From contig CAZJOV010000001.1 in NCBI GenBank assembly GCA_964547735.1, forward strand, positions 5,789 through 69,788: a stretch of DNA of 64,000 nucleotides, written 5' to 3'. Under the pieces are notes generated by a model that ran no database searches, was not told the DNA's origin, and saw only the letters and a list, made by a program, of their open reading frames with translations. The stretch is from an uncultured Planctomycetia bacterium. Lineage in GTDB: Bacteria; Omnitrophota; Gorgyraeia; Duberdicusellales; 4484-171. Of this stretch, positions 36,293-46,350 are shown piece by piece. The translations under genes were made by a program, and so were the position numbers. Each line of letters begins with the position of its first letter. Within the stretch, counting starts at the first letter, position 1.

Positions 36293-37606
36293 TCAAGAAT
36301 CAACAAGGGAAAAAATAAGCTCAGCTTCCGCAACTATTTTCCCTCTCACAAATGCTTTTGTATAAACCACACCTGTCCTCGTTTTTATTTTACCACAAAT
36401 CACCTCAATTACAAGTTGATCTCCTGGGATAACTGTCTTTCTAAATTTTACCTTATCAGCAGCCATAAAATAAGCAAGTTTTCCTCGGTTTTTCTGATCC
36501 GCAAGCATAAGAACTCCCCCTACCTGTGCCATCGCCTCAATAATTAACACCCCCGGCATAACGGGACGCGAGGGAAAATGCCCTTTAAAAAAATAATCAT
36601 TAATAGTCACATTCTTTACTCCCACCGCTTTTTTGCCCGGCTCTAAACAAAGAATCTTATCTACCAACAAGAAAGGATAACGATGAGGCAATATCTTCAT
36701 TATCTCTTCCACAGAAATCTCCTCTTTCTGGGGGAAAAAATCGCCAAAAGAACTAACTCCTCCTGAAGTGATATTTCTGTAATATTCTTTAATCCTTTTG
36801 ACTAATTTAATATTGAGATTATGGCCACTTCTTATCGCAATCACATATCCTTTAAGGGGACCAGCCAAATACAAATCTCCCAGAAGATCCAAAACTTTAT
36901 GTTTCACGAATTCATTGGGAACTCTTAACTGGTTATTAACTACCTTATCTGAGGAAACCACTAAAGTATTTTCATAGTTAGAACCCTTTCCCAAGCCCAT
37001 CTCCAAAAGAGATTTTACTTCCTCCTCAAGACAAAATGTTCGCGCTTGATGAATATCTGTTTCATACTTTCCATCTAAATTTATGTCTAAGTAATCCGTA
37101 TTAATTAAAGGATTATTATACTTTAAAGTATAAGCGATTCTTAAAGAGGGATAAGGCAATACACAAAGAGAAGCATCTTCCTCCTGAACCCACAAGGGTT
37201 CTTTTATAGATAGGTATCTACGAGACAAGGACTGCTCCACAATCCCTGCTTTTTTTAAACATTCAACAAAATCCTTAGCACTTCCATCCATTCCGGGAAT
37301 TTCCTCTCCCCAGATATCAATTCTTAAATTATCAATTCCCAAAATATGTAAAGCAGCCATAAGATGCTCAATTGTATGGATATAGACAGAATTCTCTCCG
37401 ACAGAAGTGCGTCGAGGAAATATTTCAGGGTCCACTACTGAATAATAATCTGCCTTGATTATAGGATGAGAACTTAAGTCTCGACGGACAAAAAAAATTC
37501 CACTGTTAACAGAAGCAGGTAAAAACTCTATCTTTACTTTTTTCCCTGTATGAAGCCCTACTCCCTCAAGAGTAATTTTATCCTGAATTGTCTTTTGCTT
37601 TTCCAT
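36293..37606 (-). CDS. lpxC: bifunctional UDP-3-O-acyl-N-acetylglucosamine deacetylase / 3-hydroxyacyl-ACP dehydratase (LpxC-FabZ fusion)
   Basis: The N-terminal ~280 aa carry LpxC motifs (TL...V...GVGLHTG, HTIEHL..AL...GIDN, the zinc-binding HKVLDL.GDL). The C-terminal ~145 aa form a FabZ hotdog ([11 protein letters not shown]....E, catalytic H in GHFP). Confidence 0.9.
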   Translation of the reverse strand: MEKQKTIQDKITLEGVGLHTGKKVKIEFLPASVNSGIFFVRRDLSSHPIIKADYYSVVDPEIFPRRTSVGENSVYIHTIEHLMAALHILGIDNLRIDIWGEEIPGMDGSAKDFVECLKKAGIVEQSLSRRYLSIKEPLWVQEEDASLCVLPYPSLRIAYTLKYNNPLINTDYLDINLDGKYETDIHQARTFCLEEEVKSLLEMGLGKGSNYENTLVVSSDKVVNNQLRVPNEFVKHKVLDLLGDLYLAGPLKGYVIAIRSGHNLNIKLVKRIKEYYRNITSGGVSSFGDFFPQKEEISVEEIMKILPHRYPFLLVDKILCLEPGKKAVGVKNVTINDYFFKGHFPSRPVMPGVLIIEAMAQVGGVLMLADQKNRGKLAYFMAADKVKFRKTVIPGDQLVIEVICGKIKTRTGVVYTKAFVRGKIVAEAELIFSLVDS

Positions 37607-38636
37607 CTTTTACATATCTTTTTAATCTCTCTATTTCCTCTTCTAACTCTTTTATCTTTTTATAAAGCTGAGGCAACCTCTGAATACAAGCATTGACGCG
37701 TCGGGCTATATTATGAGGCTTTGCCGGATATCCAGAAACTTTCGTATGAGGAGGAACAGACTTTGTTACTCCTGCCTGAGCAGCAACCACTGCTCCCTCT
37801 CCTATATGAATATGCCCTACCACTCCTGCCTGACCAGCCAAAATTGTACCTTCTCCTATAGTCGTGCTTCCGGAAATACCTGCCTGAGCAACAATAATAC
37901 AGTTTTCTCCTATCACTACATTATGAGCAATCTGCACCAGATTATCTATCTTCGTCCCTTTCCCTATAACCGTTTTATCAAAACGAGCACGATCAATGGT
38001 TACATTTGCCCCAATTTCTACATCATCACCAATAACTACAATCCCAATCTGAGGTATCTTCTCTCTTACCCCTTTAACCGTAGCAAATCCAAAGCCGTCA
38101 CTGCCAATAACGGCTCCGGAATGGATAATTACACGATTGCCTATCTCGATTCTTTCTCTTATAGAAACACAAGGATAGATTAAACACTTCTTACCAATTT
38201 TAGTCTTATACCCAATGTAACAATTTCCATAAATTATAGAATCATCACCAATCTCTACATCTTCTTCAATAATCGTATAAGCTCCTACCGCTACATTTTC
38301 CCCTAACTTTGCACTTTGTGCAATTATTGCTGTAGGATGAATTCCTTTAGGATGATGAGTATCTGGAGGAGCAACTAAACTTACAACTTTAGTAAAAGCT
38401 AAAGAAGGGTTATCCGTACGAATAATCGGCTTGTTGGCATATTCAATCTCTTTTGAAGTTATAACTGCAGAAGCTTTTGTTGTCTTCATCAAAGAGAAAT
38501 ACTTAGGGTTAGCCAAAAATGTAATATCCCCCTCTTTTGCCTCTTTTATTCCCGAGATGCCGGTAATTACTATCTCTGGATTTCCGACCAATTCTCCATT
38601 AATTATTTCAGCTATCTTTTTTAAGGTAATTTTCAT
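37578..38636 (-). CDS. lpxD: UDP-3-O-acylglucosamine N-acyltransferase
   Basis: The N-terminal LpxD-specific domain (L.EIA..I.GEL.G) is followed by left-handed beta-helix hexapeptide repeats, then a C-terminal helical extension. Length 352 aa. Confidence 0.9.
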   Translation of the reverse strand: MKITLKKIAEIINGELVGNPEIVITGISGIKEAKEGDITFLANPKYFSLMKTTKASAVITSKEIEYANKPIIRTDNPSLAFTKVVSLVAPPDTHHPKGIHPTAIIAQSAKLGENVAVGAYTIIEEDVEIGDDSIIYGNCYIGYKTKIGKKCLIYPCVSIRERIEIGNRVIIHSGAVIGSDGFGFATVKGVREKIPQIGIVVIGDDVEIGANVTIDRARFDKTVIGKGTKIDNLVQIAHNVVIGENCIIVAQAGISGSTTIGEGTILAGQAGVVGHIHIGEGAVVAAQAGVTKSVPPHTKVSGYPAKPHNIARRVNACIQRLPQLYKKIKELEEEIERLKRYVKDGKAKDNSG

Positions 38637-39139
38637 CTCTTATAATTTTGATTCACTATTTTTAAAATGGTCATTGTCAAATCCGCTCCCTCTTCTCCAT
38701 AAAGAATAGCCCCTTTATTAAAGATAAACTTATAACCATTCTTCTTTCCATATTCTTTAACCACACGATTTATATCCTCTACAATCTCTCTCATTTTCTC
38801 ATCTCTTTCCTTCTTTAAATCCAAGAAAAATTGTCTTTCCATCTTACGATATTCATCCGCTTTTTTAGTAATCTGGGTACGTTGTTTTTCTTGTTCTTTT
38901 TTACTTAAAAGGCTCAATTTTTCCTGCATTTTCTTTATTTCTTCTTTCTTTTCTTCCAGGAGTTTCTCTTTTTCATTTCTCTCATTCTCTAACATCCTGT
39001 CATAATCTTGAGTTTTTTTGTATTGATTGAAGATTTTAAAAATATCTACATATCCAATCTTCAAATTTTGGGAATAAACTACAGCTGAATTCGTAAATAG
39101 AAAAATCAATAACAAAATTCCCTTTTTTATTCTCTTCAT
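38633..39139 (-). CDS. skp: periplasmic chaperone Skp (OmpH)
   Basis: Signal peptide, then a Lys/Glu-rich coiled-coil of ~150 aa. It sits between bamA and lpxD, the conserved position. Confidence 0.8.
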   Translation of the reverse strand: MKRIKKGILLLIFLFTNSAVVYSQNLKIGYVDIFKIFNQYKKTQDYDRMLENERNEKEKLLEEKKEEIKKMQEKLSLLSKKEQEKQRTQITKKADEYRKMERQFFLDLKKERDEKMREIVEDINRVVKEYGKKNGYKFIFNKGAILYGEEGADLTMTILKIVNQNYKR

Positions 39140-39158
39140 CAGAGCTCCTTTCTTTAGA

Positions 39159-41429
39159 TTAAAACCCTCTACTTATACTGAAGTGAAACCTTCCTGCTTT
39201 TTTCTCCTCTCCTGGCTCTTTATTAAGAGGCCATCCATAATCCAAACTTATCGGTCCAATAGGCGTCTTAAGCCTTAAACCTGCCCCTATACTGGATTTA
39301 ACTCCTCCACTTAAAAAATCACTTCTCTCTCTCCACACATTTCCACTATCAAAGAAAGCTGCTACTCTTAAAAATTTATTTAAAGCATAAACATACTCCA
39401 GATTAACAATAAAAAGCGCCTCTCCTCCCACAGGATCTTCTGTTACCGAATCAATAGGACCTACTTTTCTCTCATGATACCCCCGAATAGTACTTGCTCC
39501 TCCGGCAAAGAATCTCTCATAGATAGGAACCTTCTCAGTATCCGAAAAAGGATAGGCTATTCCTGCCCTTAATTTAAATTCTAAAACTGAACGCTTCTTT
39601 ACAGAGATGTATTTACTGAAACGAAACAAACTCTTTAAGAAATCTTTATCTCCTCCCAAGAACCCTCCTGTAATTTGAAAAGATAAGGAGGTATAAAAAC
39701 CCTGAGAAGGGTCAAAGACATTATCTCTCTTATCCCAGCCAAGACTCATCTCTACACTACTTAAATCCGCTTTTCCTTCTTCCTCCTTTAAATCTGACGT
39801 TGCCTCAGAAGGCACATCTTTAATCTCCACATTCTCCAATCGATAAGAAATCCCTCCTTTTAAATAATCATTAAATTCTTTCCCCAATCTTAATCTTCCT
39901 CCTTTTGCCTCCACCTCATAGCCATACCCTACATCTCCTTCTCTCTCATGACCTTTTTTATATCCATCAAAGCCGAAAGAAACAGGATAGTCAAATATCC
40001 AAGGCTCTGTAAAACTTAACTCATAAGTCTCTGTAAGAGTTCCGCTGCTTATATACAAACTCAAATCTTGACCAGCCCCGGTAAAAGTCTTCCAGTTACG
40101 GTAGTCAAAATTACGCTGTCTTAGCTCAACAAAGCCAACCAATTTATCCACCGAGGAATAACCTCCCCCAAAACTTAAATAACCTGTCTTTTTCTCTTTA
40201 ACTTCCACAATCAACTTTTGCCAGTTAGGACGGGAAGTAGGATGGGTATCAAAACCTATCTCTTCAAAAAAACCTAAATTCTCCAGGCGTCTTTTTGACT
40301 TTCTTATTTTTTCTCCACTAAATCTATCTCCCGGATAAATTCTTAATTCTCTTCTAATCACTTTATCTTTTGTTTTCTCGTTTCCTTGAATAATTATTTC
40401 CTCTACATAATTAACTTCATTTTCGACAATTTTAAATGCAACATCCACTTTTTCTGTCTGAGGATTAAAATAAGTTAAAGGAGTTACCTGGGCAAATATA
40501 TAACCTTTATCGAAATATAAAGATTGGATTTTTCCTACTTGCTCTTTAATCCTTTCTTCGGTATAGACATCCTCCTTTTCAAGAGAAATTGACTTATAAA
40601 TCTGGGAAGAAGATATTTCTTTATTCCCTTCAATCTTTATCTCTCCTATAAGATACTGCGGACCCTCCTCAATATTAATAGTAACAAAAACTCCTCCTGC
40701 CAGATAATCCCAGGCATAATTTACCTTTATATCGGCAAAACCATTCTTTCTATAGAAATCTTTAATTCGCTCAACATCATCCTCCAAAGTCTCTTTTTTA
40801 AATATTCCTCTCCCCAGCAGCCACGCTTTTTTGGTACGCATAAGTTTTTTTATTCTTTTTGCAGAAAAGCTCTTATTTCCTTTTATGATTATCTTTCTTA
40901 CTTTAAGAATTTTTCCTTCTTTTATCATTATTTTTAGAAAAGCCTGATTATTCTTTTTATCTATGTCTAAAGAATACTCCACATCTATCCGGGAAAAACC
41001 TTTCTGAGAATAAAACTCCTTTATCTTCTTCAGTGCCTCTTTTACTTTAAGCTCGTCTAAAAAAGTTCCCTCTTTTATCCCCATAATCTCCAGTATCCTT
41101 CTTCTTCTTACATAACGGGTTCCTTCAATAATAATTTTTTTAACTACAGGCATCTCCTTTACTTTAAATTTAACTATGACTCCTTCAGGAGTATCTATCC
41201 TCTCTGCTTCTACTTTCTCAAAATATCCTAAATCCATTAGTGATTTCACATCTTGATTCATAACTGTTTCTCTATAGAGTTGACCTACTTTTGTTTTAAG
41301 GGAAGAAACTATTTTGGAACGGCTAATGATCTTGTTGCCTTCGATTTCTATGCGAACAATAAGATTATTTTGAGAAAAAGCAATGGGGAAAAATACAAAA
41401 GAAAAAATAAAAAAAAATAATTTTCTCAT
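39159..41429 (-). CDS. bamA: outer membrane protein assembly factor BamA
   Basis: Signal peptide, five POTRA-like repeats, and a C-terminal 16-strand beta-barrel ending in an aromatic residue (SISRGF). I trimmed the start to MRKLFFFIFSF to avoid overlap with dnaB. Confidence 0.9.
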   Translation of the reverse strand: MRKLFFFIFSFVFFPIAFSQNNLIVRIEIEGNKIISRSKIVSSLKTKVGQLYRETVMNQDVKSLMDLGYFEKVEAERIDTPEGVIVKFKVKEMPVVKKIIIEGTRYVRRRRILEIMGIKEGTFLDELKVKEALKKIKEFYSQKGFSRIDVEYSLDIDKKNNQAFLKIMIKEGKILKVRKIIIKGNKSFSAKRIKKLMRTKKAWLLGRGIFKKETLEDDVERIKDFYRKNGFADIKVNYAWDYLAGGVFVTINIEEGPQYLIGEIKIEGNKEISSSQIYKSISLEKEDVYTEERIKEQVGKIQSLYFDKGYIFAQVTPLTYFNPQTEKVDVAFKIVENEVNYVEEIIIQGNEKTKDKVIRRELRIYPGDRFSGEKIRKSKRRLENLGFFEEIGFDTHPTSRPNWQKLIVEVKEKKTGYLSFGGGYSSVDKLVGFVELRQRNFDYRNWKTFTGAGQDLSLYISSGTLTETYELSFTEPWIFDYPVSFGFDGYKKGHEREGDVGYGYEVEAKGGRLRLGKEFNDYLKGGISYRLENVEIKDVPSEATSDLKEEEGKADLSSVEMSLGWDKRDNVFDPSQGFYTSLSFQITGGFLGGDKDFLKSLFRFSKYISVKKRSVLEFKLRAGIAYPFSDTEKVPIYERFFAGGASTIRGYHERKVGPIDSVTEDPVGGEALFIVNLEYVYALNKFLRVAAFFDSGNVWRERSDFLSGGVKSSIGAGLRLKTPIGPISLDYGWPLNKEPGEEKKAGRFHFSISRGF

Positions 41430-41461
41430 TTGTTTAATTATACCTTCCTCAAAACACAAAG

Positions 41462-42823
41462 TCAATCTTCTCTTACCTTGGAAAGATTAACAAACTTCAT
41501 ATATTCTTTTATAAATCCCAAGAAAACGCTTCCTACCGGACCGTTTCTTTGTTTAGCAATAATAACTTCAGCAATTCCTTTATTCTCCGGGGTAGGATTA
41601 TAGTACTCTTCCCGCAGAAGTAACACTACCACATCCGCATCCTGCTCAATTGCCCCTGATTCTCTCAAATCAGAAAGCTGAGGGCGATGATCCGCGCGTG
41701 TTTCTACCGCTCGTGACAATTGACTTACAGCAATCAAAGGAATATCTAATTCTTTGGCTAATGCTTTTAAGGCTCGAGAGACTTCAGAAATTTCCTGTTG
41801 TCTTGATTCCTTTCTTCCTAGTGTACGCATCATCTGAAGATAATCAATAACCAAAAGTTTTATATCATGATGAGCCTTTAATCTTCTTGCTTTTGCTCTC
41901 ACTTCAAATATATTCATCAAGGGTGTATCATCGATATAAATGGGAGCGCCCGACAACTTTCCGGCAGCAGAGGTAAGAAGAGGCCATTCACTGGGAGAGA
42001 GAAACCCCGTTCTTAGTTTATGGATATCCACTTTAGCCTGAGAACATAACATTCTCTGAATAAGCTGCTGGCGGGACATCTCCAGACTAAAAAAAGCTAC
42101 CGGTAAACCCTCCTCAACCCCTGCATATTCAATAATATTACTTACAAATGCGCTTTTACCCATACTGGGGCGTCCAGCAACAACAATAAAATCGCCTTTT
42201 TGTAAACCTGCTGTTTTTATATCAAAATCGACAAAGCCGGTAGGGATTCCTGTAATATGAGATTTCTTATAGTAAAGAGATTCAATCACCTCAATACTTT
42301 CTTTAAGAATCTCTTTAATATGAGTATATCCCCCCTCAACTCGTGCATCACTTATCTCAAAGATTAATTTTTCTGCTTTGTCAAGAATAGAATTTACCTC
42401 TTCCTCTTCTTTATAAGCTAAGGATAAAATCTTATGGGCATTATTTATTAAAGACCGCAGGATCCCTTTTTCTCTAACAATACGCGCATAATATCCTACA
42501 TTAATGGAAGAAGGGACAAAATCAGCCAGAGTAGTTAAATAAGTAGCTCCTCCTACTTTCTCTAAAAGTTTTTTCCTGCTTAATTCTTCTGAAACAGTAA
42601 GAATATCTGCTTTTTTCCTTGCATCAAACAAAGAGACTATAGAAGAGAAAATAATTCTGTGTTCCTCTTTATAAAAATCCTCCTCCCCAACTATCTCTAT
42701 TACCTCCAAGATAGCTTCCTCATTAATAAGCATTGCTCCTAAAACCGCCATCTCTGCCTCAATATTTTGAGGAGGGATTTTTTCTAATTCCGAAGATAGA
42801 GAGGTTACTTTTTGACTACCCAT
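41462..42823 (-). CDS. dnaB: replicative DNA helicase DnaB
   Basis: N-terminal PPQNIEAE..VLG..L, Walker A GRPSMGKSAF, and the SQLSR arginine finger region. Length 453 aa, with no intein. Confidence 0.95.
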   Translation of the reverse strand: MGSQKVTSLSSELEKIPPQNIEAEMAVLGAMLINEEAILEVIEIVGEEDFYKEEHRIIFSSIVSLFDARKKADILTVSEELSRKKLLEKVGGATYLTTLADFVPSSINVGYYARIVREKGILRSLINNAHKILSLAYKEEEEVNSILDKAEKLIFEISDARVEGGYTHIKEILKESIEVIESLYYKKSHITGIPTGFVDFDIKTAGLQKGDFIVVAGRPSMGKSAFVSNIIEYAGVEEGLPVAFFSLEMSRQQLIQRMLCSQAKVDIHKLRTGFLSPSEWPLLTSAAGKLSGAPIYIDDTPLMNIFEVRAKARRLKAHHDIKLLVIDYLQMMRTLGRKESRQQEISEVSRALKALAKELDIPLIAVSQLSRAVETRADHRPQLSDLRESGAIEQDADVVVLLLREEYYNPTPENKGIAEVIIAKQRNGPVGSVFLGFIKEYMKFVNLSKVRED

Positions 42824-43248
42824 ACACGAACAAAAGCATTAATATCTTTCTCCAGTGCTATCTCTACTTTATAGACACCTAATTTTTTTATTGGCTCCTC
42901 CAGTTTAATCTTATCTTTCTCTATCTCTATTCCTTCTTCTTTAAGAGCTTCCCTAATTTGAACTTCCCCGATAGAACCATAGAGAACCTCGTCTTCCTTC
43001 GCCTCTACTTGAAGAGTTAAGGAAACTTTCTCCAATCTCTCTTTAAGTTTTAAAGCAAGTTTTCTTTTTCTCTCTAAAATCTTTTCTTTTCTCTTTTTTA
43101 GCTCTTCAAATTTCTTTAAACTTTCTTTATTGGCTCGCCAGGCAAATCCATAAGGAATAAGATAATTACGTGCATAACCATCTTTTACTTCCACAATATC
43201 ACCTTCTCTTCCCAAACGTTTTACTTCTTTAAGAAGAATTATTTTCAT
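42805..43248 (-). CDS. rplI: 50S ribosomal protein L9
   Basis: MK.ILL..V..LG..GD.V.V..GYARN.L.P.G.A has the typical L9 N-domain. Length 147 aa. Confidence 0.9.
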   Translation of the reverse strand: MKIILLKEVKRLGREGDIVEVKDGYARNYLIPYGFAWRANKESLKKFEELKKRKEKILERKRKLALKLKERLEKVSLTLQVEAKEDEVLYGSIGEVQIREALKEEGIEIEKDKIKLEEPIKKLGVYKVEIALEKDINAFVRVWVVKK

Positions 43249-43250
43249 CT

Positions 43251-43481
43251 CTACTTCGCCAGGTAAGGTAAAAGCGCCAAAAAGCGAGCTCTTTTAATTT
43301 CTCGAGCTAGTTTCCGTTGGTGCTTGGCACAATTTCCCGAAATCCTGCGAGAAATTATCTTCCCTTTAGAGGAAAGATAACGGGAGAGTAGTTCAATTTC
43401 CTTATAATCAATCTCTAATCCTTTCTTGCAAAATACACATCTCTTTTTAAATTTAATCTGTCTGATCTTTTTTTTAGCCAT
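43251..43481 (-). CDS. rpsR: 30S ribosomal protein S18
   Basis: C.FC.......IDYK....L..Y.S..GKI..RR.SG.CAKHQR.L...IKRAR..ALLPY. Confidence 0.93.
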   Translation of the reverse strand: MAKKKIRQIKFKKRCVFCKKGLEIDYKEIELLSRYLSSKGKIISRRISGNCAKHQRKLAREIKRARFLALLPYLAK

Positions 43482-43891
43482 TATAAAGCTCCCTCCTCAT
43501 CCAATTTCGGCATCTCTTCCTCTAAATTATCTAAATCCAGTGAAGTTACCTCTCCCCTATGTAAAGGAGGCATAAATTGCACTCTTTGTGCTCTTACATC
43601 AATCGTTGTTCTTTTTTTCCCCTCACTATCTTGCCAACTTCTTGACTGAAGCCTCCCTTCAACAAATACTGCTCTTCCCTTCTGAAGATATTGATTGCAT
43701 ATCTCAGCGGACTTCCCCCATACTACTACATTTATAAAACAGGTATCTCTTTTTGCCTCTCCATTTTTATCCTTAAAAGGAGTGTTTACCGCAATCCTTA
43801 AAGTAATTACCGCAGTACCTGACGGAGTATAACGCAGCTGGGGATCAGCGGTTAAGTTTCCCACTAAAAATACTTTATTCAAATTAACCAT
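43481..43891 (-). CDS. ssb: single-stranded DNA-binding protein
   Basis: N-terminal OB fold MVN.N.V.LVGNLT.DP.LRYTP.G.AV. The acidic C-terminal tail ([17 protein letters not shown]) ends with a hydrophobic residue. Confidence 0.93.
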   Translation of the reverse strand: MVNLNKVFLVGNLTADPQLRYTPSGTAVITLRIAVNTPFKDKNGEAKRDTCFINVVVWGKSAEICNQYLQKGRAVFVEGRLQSRSWQDSEGKKRTTIDVRAQRVQFMPPLHRGEVTSLDLDNLEEEMPKLDEEGAL

Positions 43892-44201
43892 CTCTTCTTA
43901 TAATAAGATTGCGTAAAATATTTTCTTCTAAACGAATCGTCTCCTTAAAATCAGGCATTTTTTCCACATCTAAAGAAAACCTAAGAAGATAATAAACTCC
44001 CCTATTAAATTTCTTCTTCTCTGCTCCTCGCAAACGTAAAGGATACATAAAATTTCTTTCCGCCCAAATCTTTGCCTCAAAAATTTTCCCTCCCAAATCA
44101 GATATTTTTCTTTTTAACTTTTCAAAAACTTTTTCTTTTTCTTCTTGAGAAAGATCAGGCCTTATAATCAGCATAGTTTCGTAACTTCTTTCCATATTCA
44201 A
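43884..44201 (-). CDS. rpsF: 30S ribosomal protein S6
   Basis: YE...I.RPDL......K..E.....I...GG.I....W..R...YP. It is in the conserved rpsF-ssb-rpsR-rplI order. Confidence 0.9.
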   Translation of the reverse strand: MNMERSYETMLIIRPDLSQEEKEKVFEKLKRKISDLGGKIFEAKIWAERNFMYPLRLRGAEKKKFNRGVYYLLRFSLDVEKMPDFKETIRLEENILRNLIIRRDG

Positions 44202-44758
44202 TTCCTCCGATTATATCTCTGCATAACGTAACTTAAACCGAACTTTGCCCAATCTAAACAAGCCTGTGCACTTAATTCCAAAACATCTTCCAAATCTTCT
44301 TTCTCCTCTTCAGAAAACTCTGAGAGAACATACCCCACAACATCATCATCTTCCGGATGAGAAATTCCTATTCTTAACCGGATAATATCTTTTCTTTCTA
44401 AAAAATCGATAATTGAACCTATTCCTTTATGCCCTGCGGAAGAACCTCTACAAGAAAATTTTATCCTTCCCAAAGGAATATCCATATCGTCATAAACCAC
44501 CAAAAGACTATCCAAAGGAGTTTTATAATAAGAAAGCAATCTTTCCACAGTAAGATAAGATTCATTCATAAATACTAAAGGCTTGGCTAAAATTAAATCA
44601 TTATCTTGAAAGCTAGCTATCTCTGCTTTCATTTTTTTCTGTTTTTTAAACTTTAATCTCTTTTTATAAGCTATCCTTCCCACCACCATTGCTCCTATAT
44701 TATGACGGGTTTTACTGTAAGAGAGTGTGGGATTACCTAAGCCTAAAATAATTTTCAA
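44198..44758 (-). CDS. pth: peptidyl-tRNA hydrolase
   Basis: N-terminal KII.GLGNP...Y..TRHN.G and the catalytic His region. The HKGI motif is present (AGHKGIGSI). Confidence 0.9.
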   Translation of the reverse strand: MKIILGLGNPTLSYSKTRHNIGAMVVGRIAYKKRLKFKKQKKMKAEIASFQDNDLILAKPLVFMNESYLTVERLLSYYKTPLDSLLVVYDDMDIPLGRIKFSCRGSSAGHKGIGSIIDFLERKDIIRLRIGISHPEDDDVVGYVLSEFSEEEKEDLEDVLELSAQACLDWAKFGLSYVMQRYNRRN

Positions 44759-45396
44759 CTCTCCTCTTCAGATTCTGCCTTTTTCTTCTCTTTAATTACT
44801 TCTGGTTCTTTTTCTTCCTCGCTTACCTCTTCAGAAACTTCCTCAGCTTGCTCCTCTTTACTCAGAATAGTAACTATCGTACCCTCAGGATCACTTACTA
44901 TTTTAATTTTTTCCAATTTTAAATCCTTTACATGGAAAGAATCACCTATCTTTAAAGAGGAAATATCTACTGTTATCTTCTCAGGAATCTCTAAAGGTAA
45001 GGCCTCTATCTCTATCTCCCACATCATCTGTTCTACTACCGCTTCTTTAATATTTTCTTCTCCTTTTATCTCTAAAGGGACTCTAACTCTTACCTTTTCC
45101 TTAAGGAAAACTCTCATAAGGTCCAAATGAATTACTTCCTCATCCAAAGGATGATACTGAACATCTTTAATAATACATTCTATCTTGGAAGAATCATCCA
45201 TAACAATCTCTACAAGCATAGCCTCACTAAAATGATGCTTTTTAAGAAGTTTCAATTCTGATTGAGGAATCTTAATGGGTAAATTAATATCTCTTCCGTA
45301 AATAATTGCTGGCAGAAATTTTTCCCTTCTTAATCTTTTTGTAGCTTGTTTGCCTGTCTTTTCTCTTCTAAATCCTTTAACCGTAACCTTTTCCAT
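44755..45396 (-). CDS. rplY: 50S ribosomal protein L25 / general stress protein Ctc (long form with acidic tail)
   Basis: L...R...GK...R.LR..G..PA.IYG and the two-domain Ctc architecture. The C-terminus is Glu-rich. Confidence 0.85.
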   Translation of the reverse strand: MEKVTVKGFRREKTGKQATKRLRREKFLPAIIYGRDINLPIKIPQSELKLLKKHHFSEAMLVEIVMDDSSKIECIIKDVQYHPLDEEVIHLDLMRVFLKEKVRVRVPLEIKGEENIKEAVVEQMMWEIEIEALPLEIPEKITVDISSLKIGDSFHVKDLKLEKIKIVSDPEGTIVTILSKEEQAEEVSEEVSEEEKEPEVIKEKKKAESEEES

Positions 45397-45402
45397 ATTC
45401 TG

Positions 45403-46350
45403 CTAACTTTTTATAAAATCAAAAAGAATACTAATAGACTCCTCCAAGTGTATTCTTTTTATCGCCTCAGCAAATAAAGAAGCAACTGAAACCACCTTAA
45501 TCCTTTTGTTTTTTTTCTGAGGAGCCAGCTCAATGGAATCGGTAATCACCAAAAAATCTATGGGAGAATTCTCCAGTTTCTCCACAGCATTTGCCGATAA
45601 TACCCCGTGGGTAACACAGGCATAAATTTTCTTTGCTCCCTTCTCTTTCAATACTTTTGCTGCTTCAACTAAAGAACCACCCGTAGCAATAAGGTCGTCA
45701 ACCAAAACCGCATTTTTACCTTTCACTTCTCCCAAAATATGCATCACCTCTGTAGAATCCGGAGAATTTCTTCTTTTATCCACAATCGCCAGAGCTGCTT
45801 TAAATCTTTTGGCATAAGCACGTGCCATCTTTATCCCTCCCACATCAGGAGAAACCACCACAAGGTTATTATTTATCTTTATTCTTTTAAAATACTCAAT
45901 AAATACATTCACGGCATACAGATGATCCAAGGGAATATCAAAAAATCCCTGAATTTGTCCCGCATGAAGGTCTAAGGTAAGAATACGATCTGCTCCAGCA
46001 ATAGTCAAAAGATTGGCTACCAACTTTGCAGTAATAGGAACACGGGGTTGGTCTTTTCTATCTTGGCGAGCATAGCCAAAATAAGGAATTACAGCAGTAA
46101 TTCTTCTTGCCGAGGCTCTTTTTAAGGCATCAAGCATAATAAGAAGCTCCATAAGGTTCTCATTTACGGGAGGAGAAGTGGGCTGAACTACAAAAACATC
46201 TTTACCTCTTACGTTATCTTCTATCTTTACCCTCACCTCTCCGTCGCTAAATCGAGAGACCAATGCTCTTCCTAATTTTATCTTAAGATAGGTGCAAATT
46301 TTTTTTGCCAGTTTGGGATTTGCATTCCCGCTAAAAACTAACATTCTCAC
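45403..46350 (-). CDS. prs: ribose-phosphate pyrophosphokinase
   Basis: PRPP-binding site DLHA.QIQGFF and the PRPP motif VLVDDLIATGGSL. Length 315 aa. Confidence 0.95.
   Translation of the reverse strand: MRMLVFSGNANPKLAKKICTYLKIKLGRALVSRFSDGEVRVKIEDNVRGKDVFVVQPTSPPVNENLMELLIMLDALKRASARRITAVIPYFGYARQDRKDQPRVPITAKLVANLLTIAGADRILTLDLHAGQIQGFFDIPLDHLYAVNVFIEYFKRIKINNNLVVVSPDVGGIKMARAYAKRFKAALAIVDKRRNSPDSTEVMHILGEVKGKNAVLVDDLIATGGSLVEAAKVLKEKGAKKIYACVTHGVLSANAVEKLENSPIDFLVITDSIELAPQKKNKRIKVVSVASLFAEAIKRIHLEESISILFDFIKS

Noticed and set aside
37713-38183. 156-aa Cys/Asn/Ser-rich plus-strand ORF
   Set aside because: It is antisense to the hexapeptide-repeat region of lpxD. Repetitive beta-helix coding sequence generates long open antisense frames.
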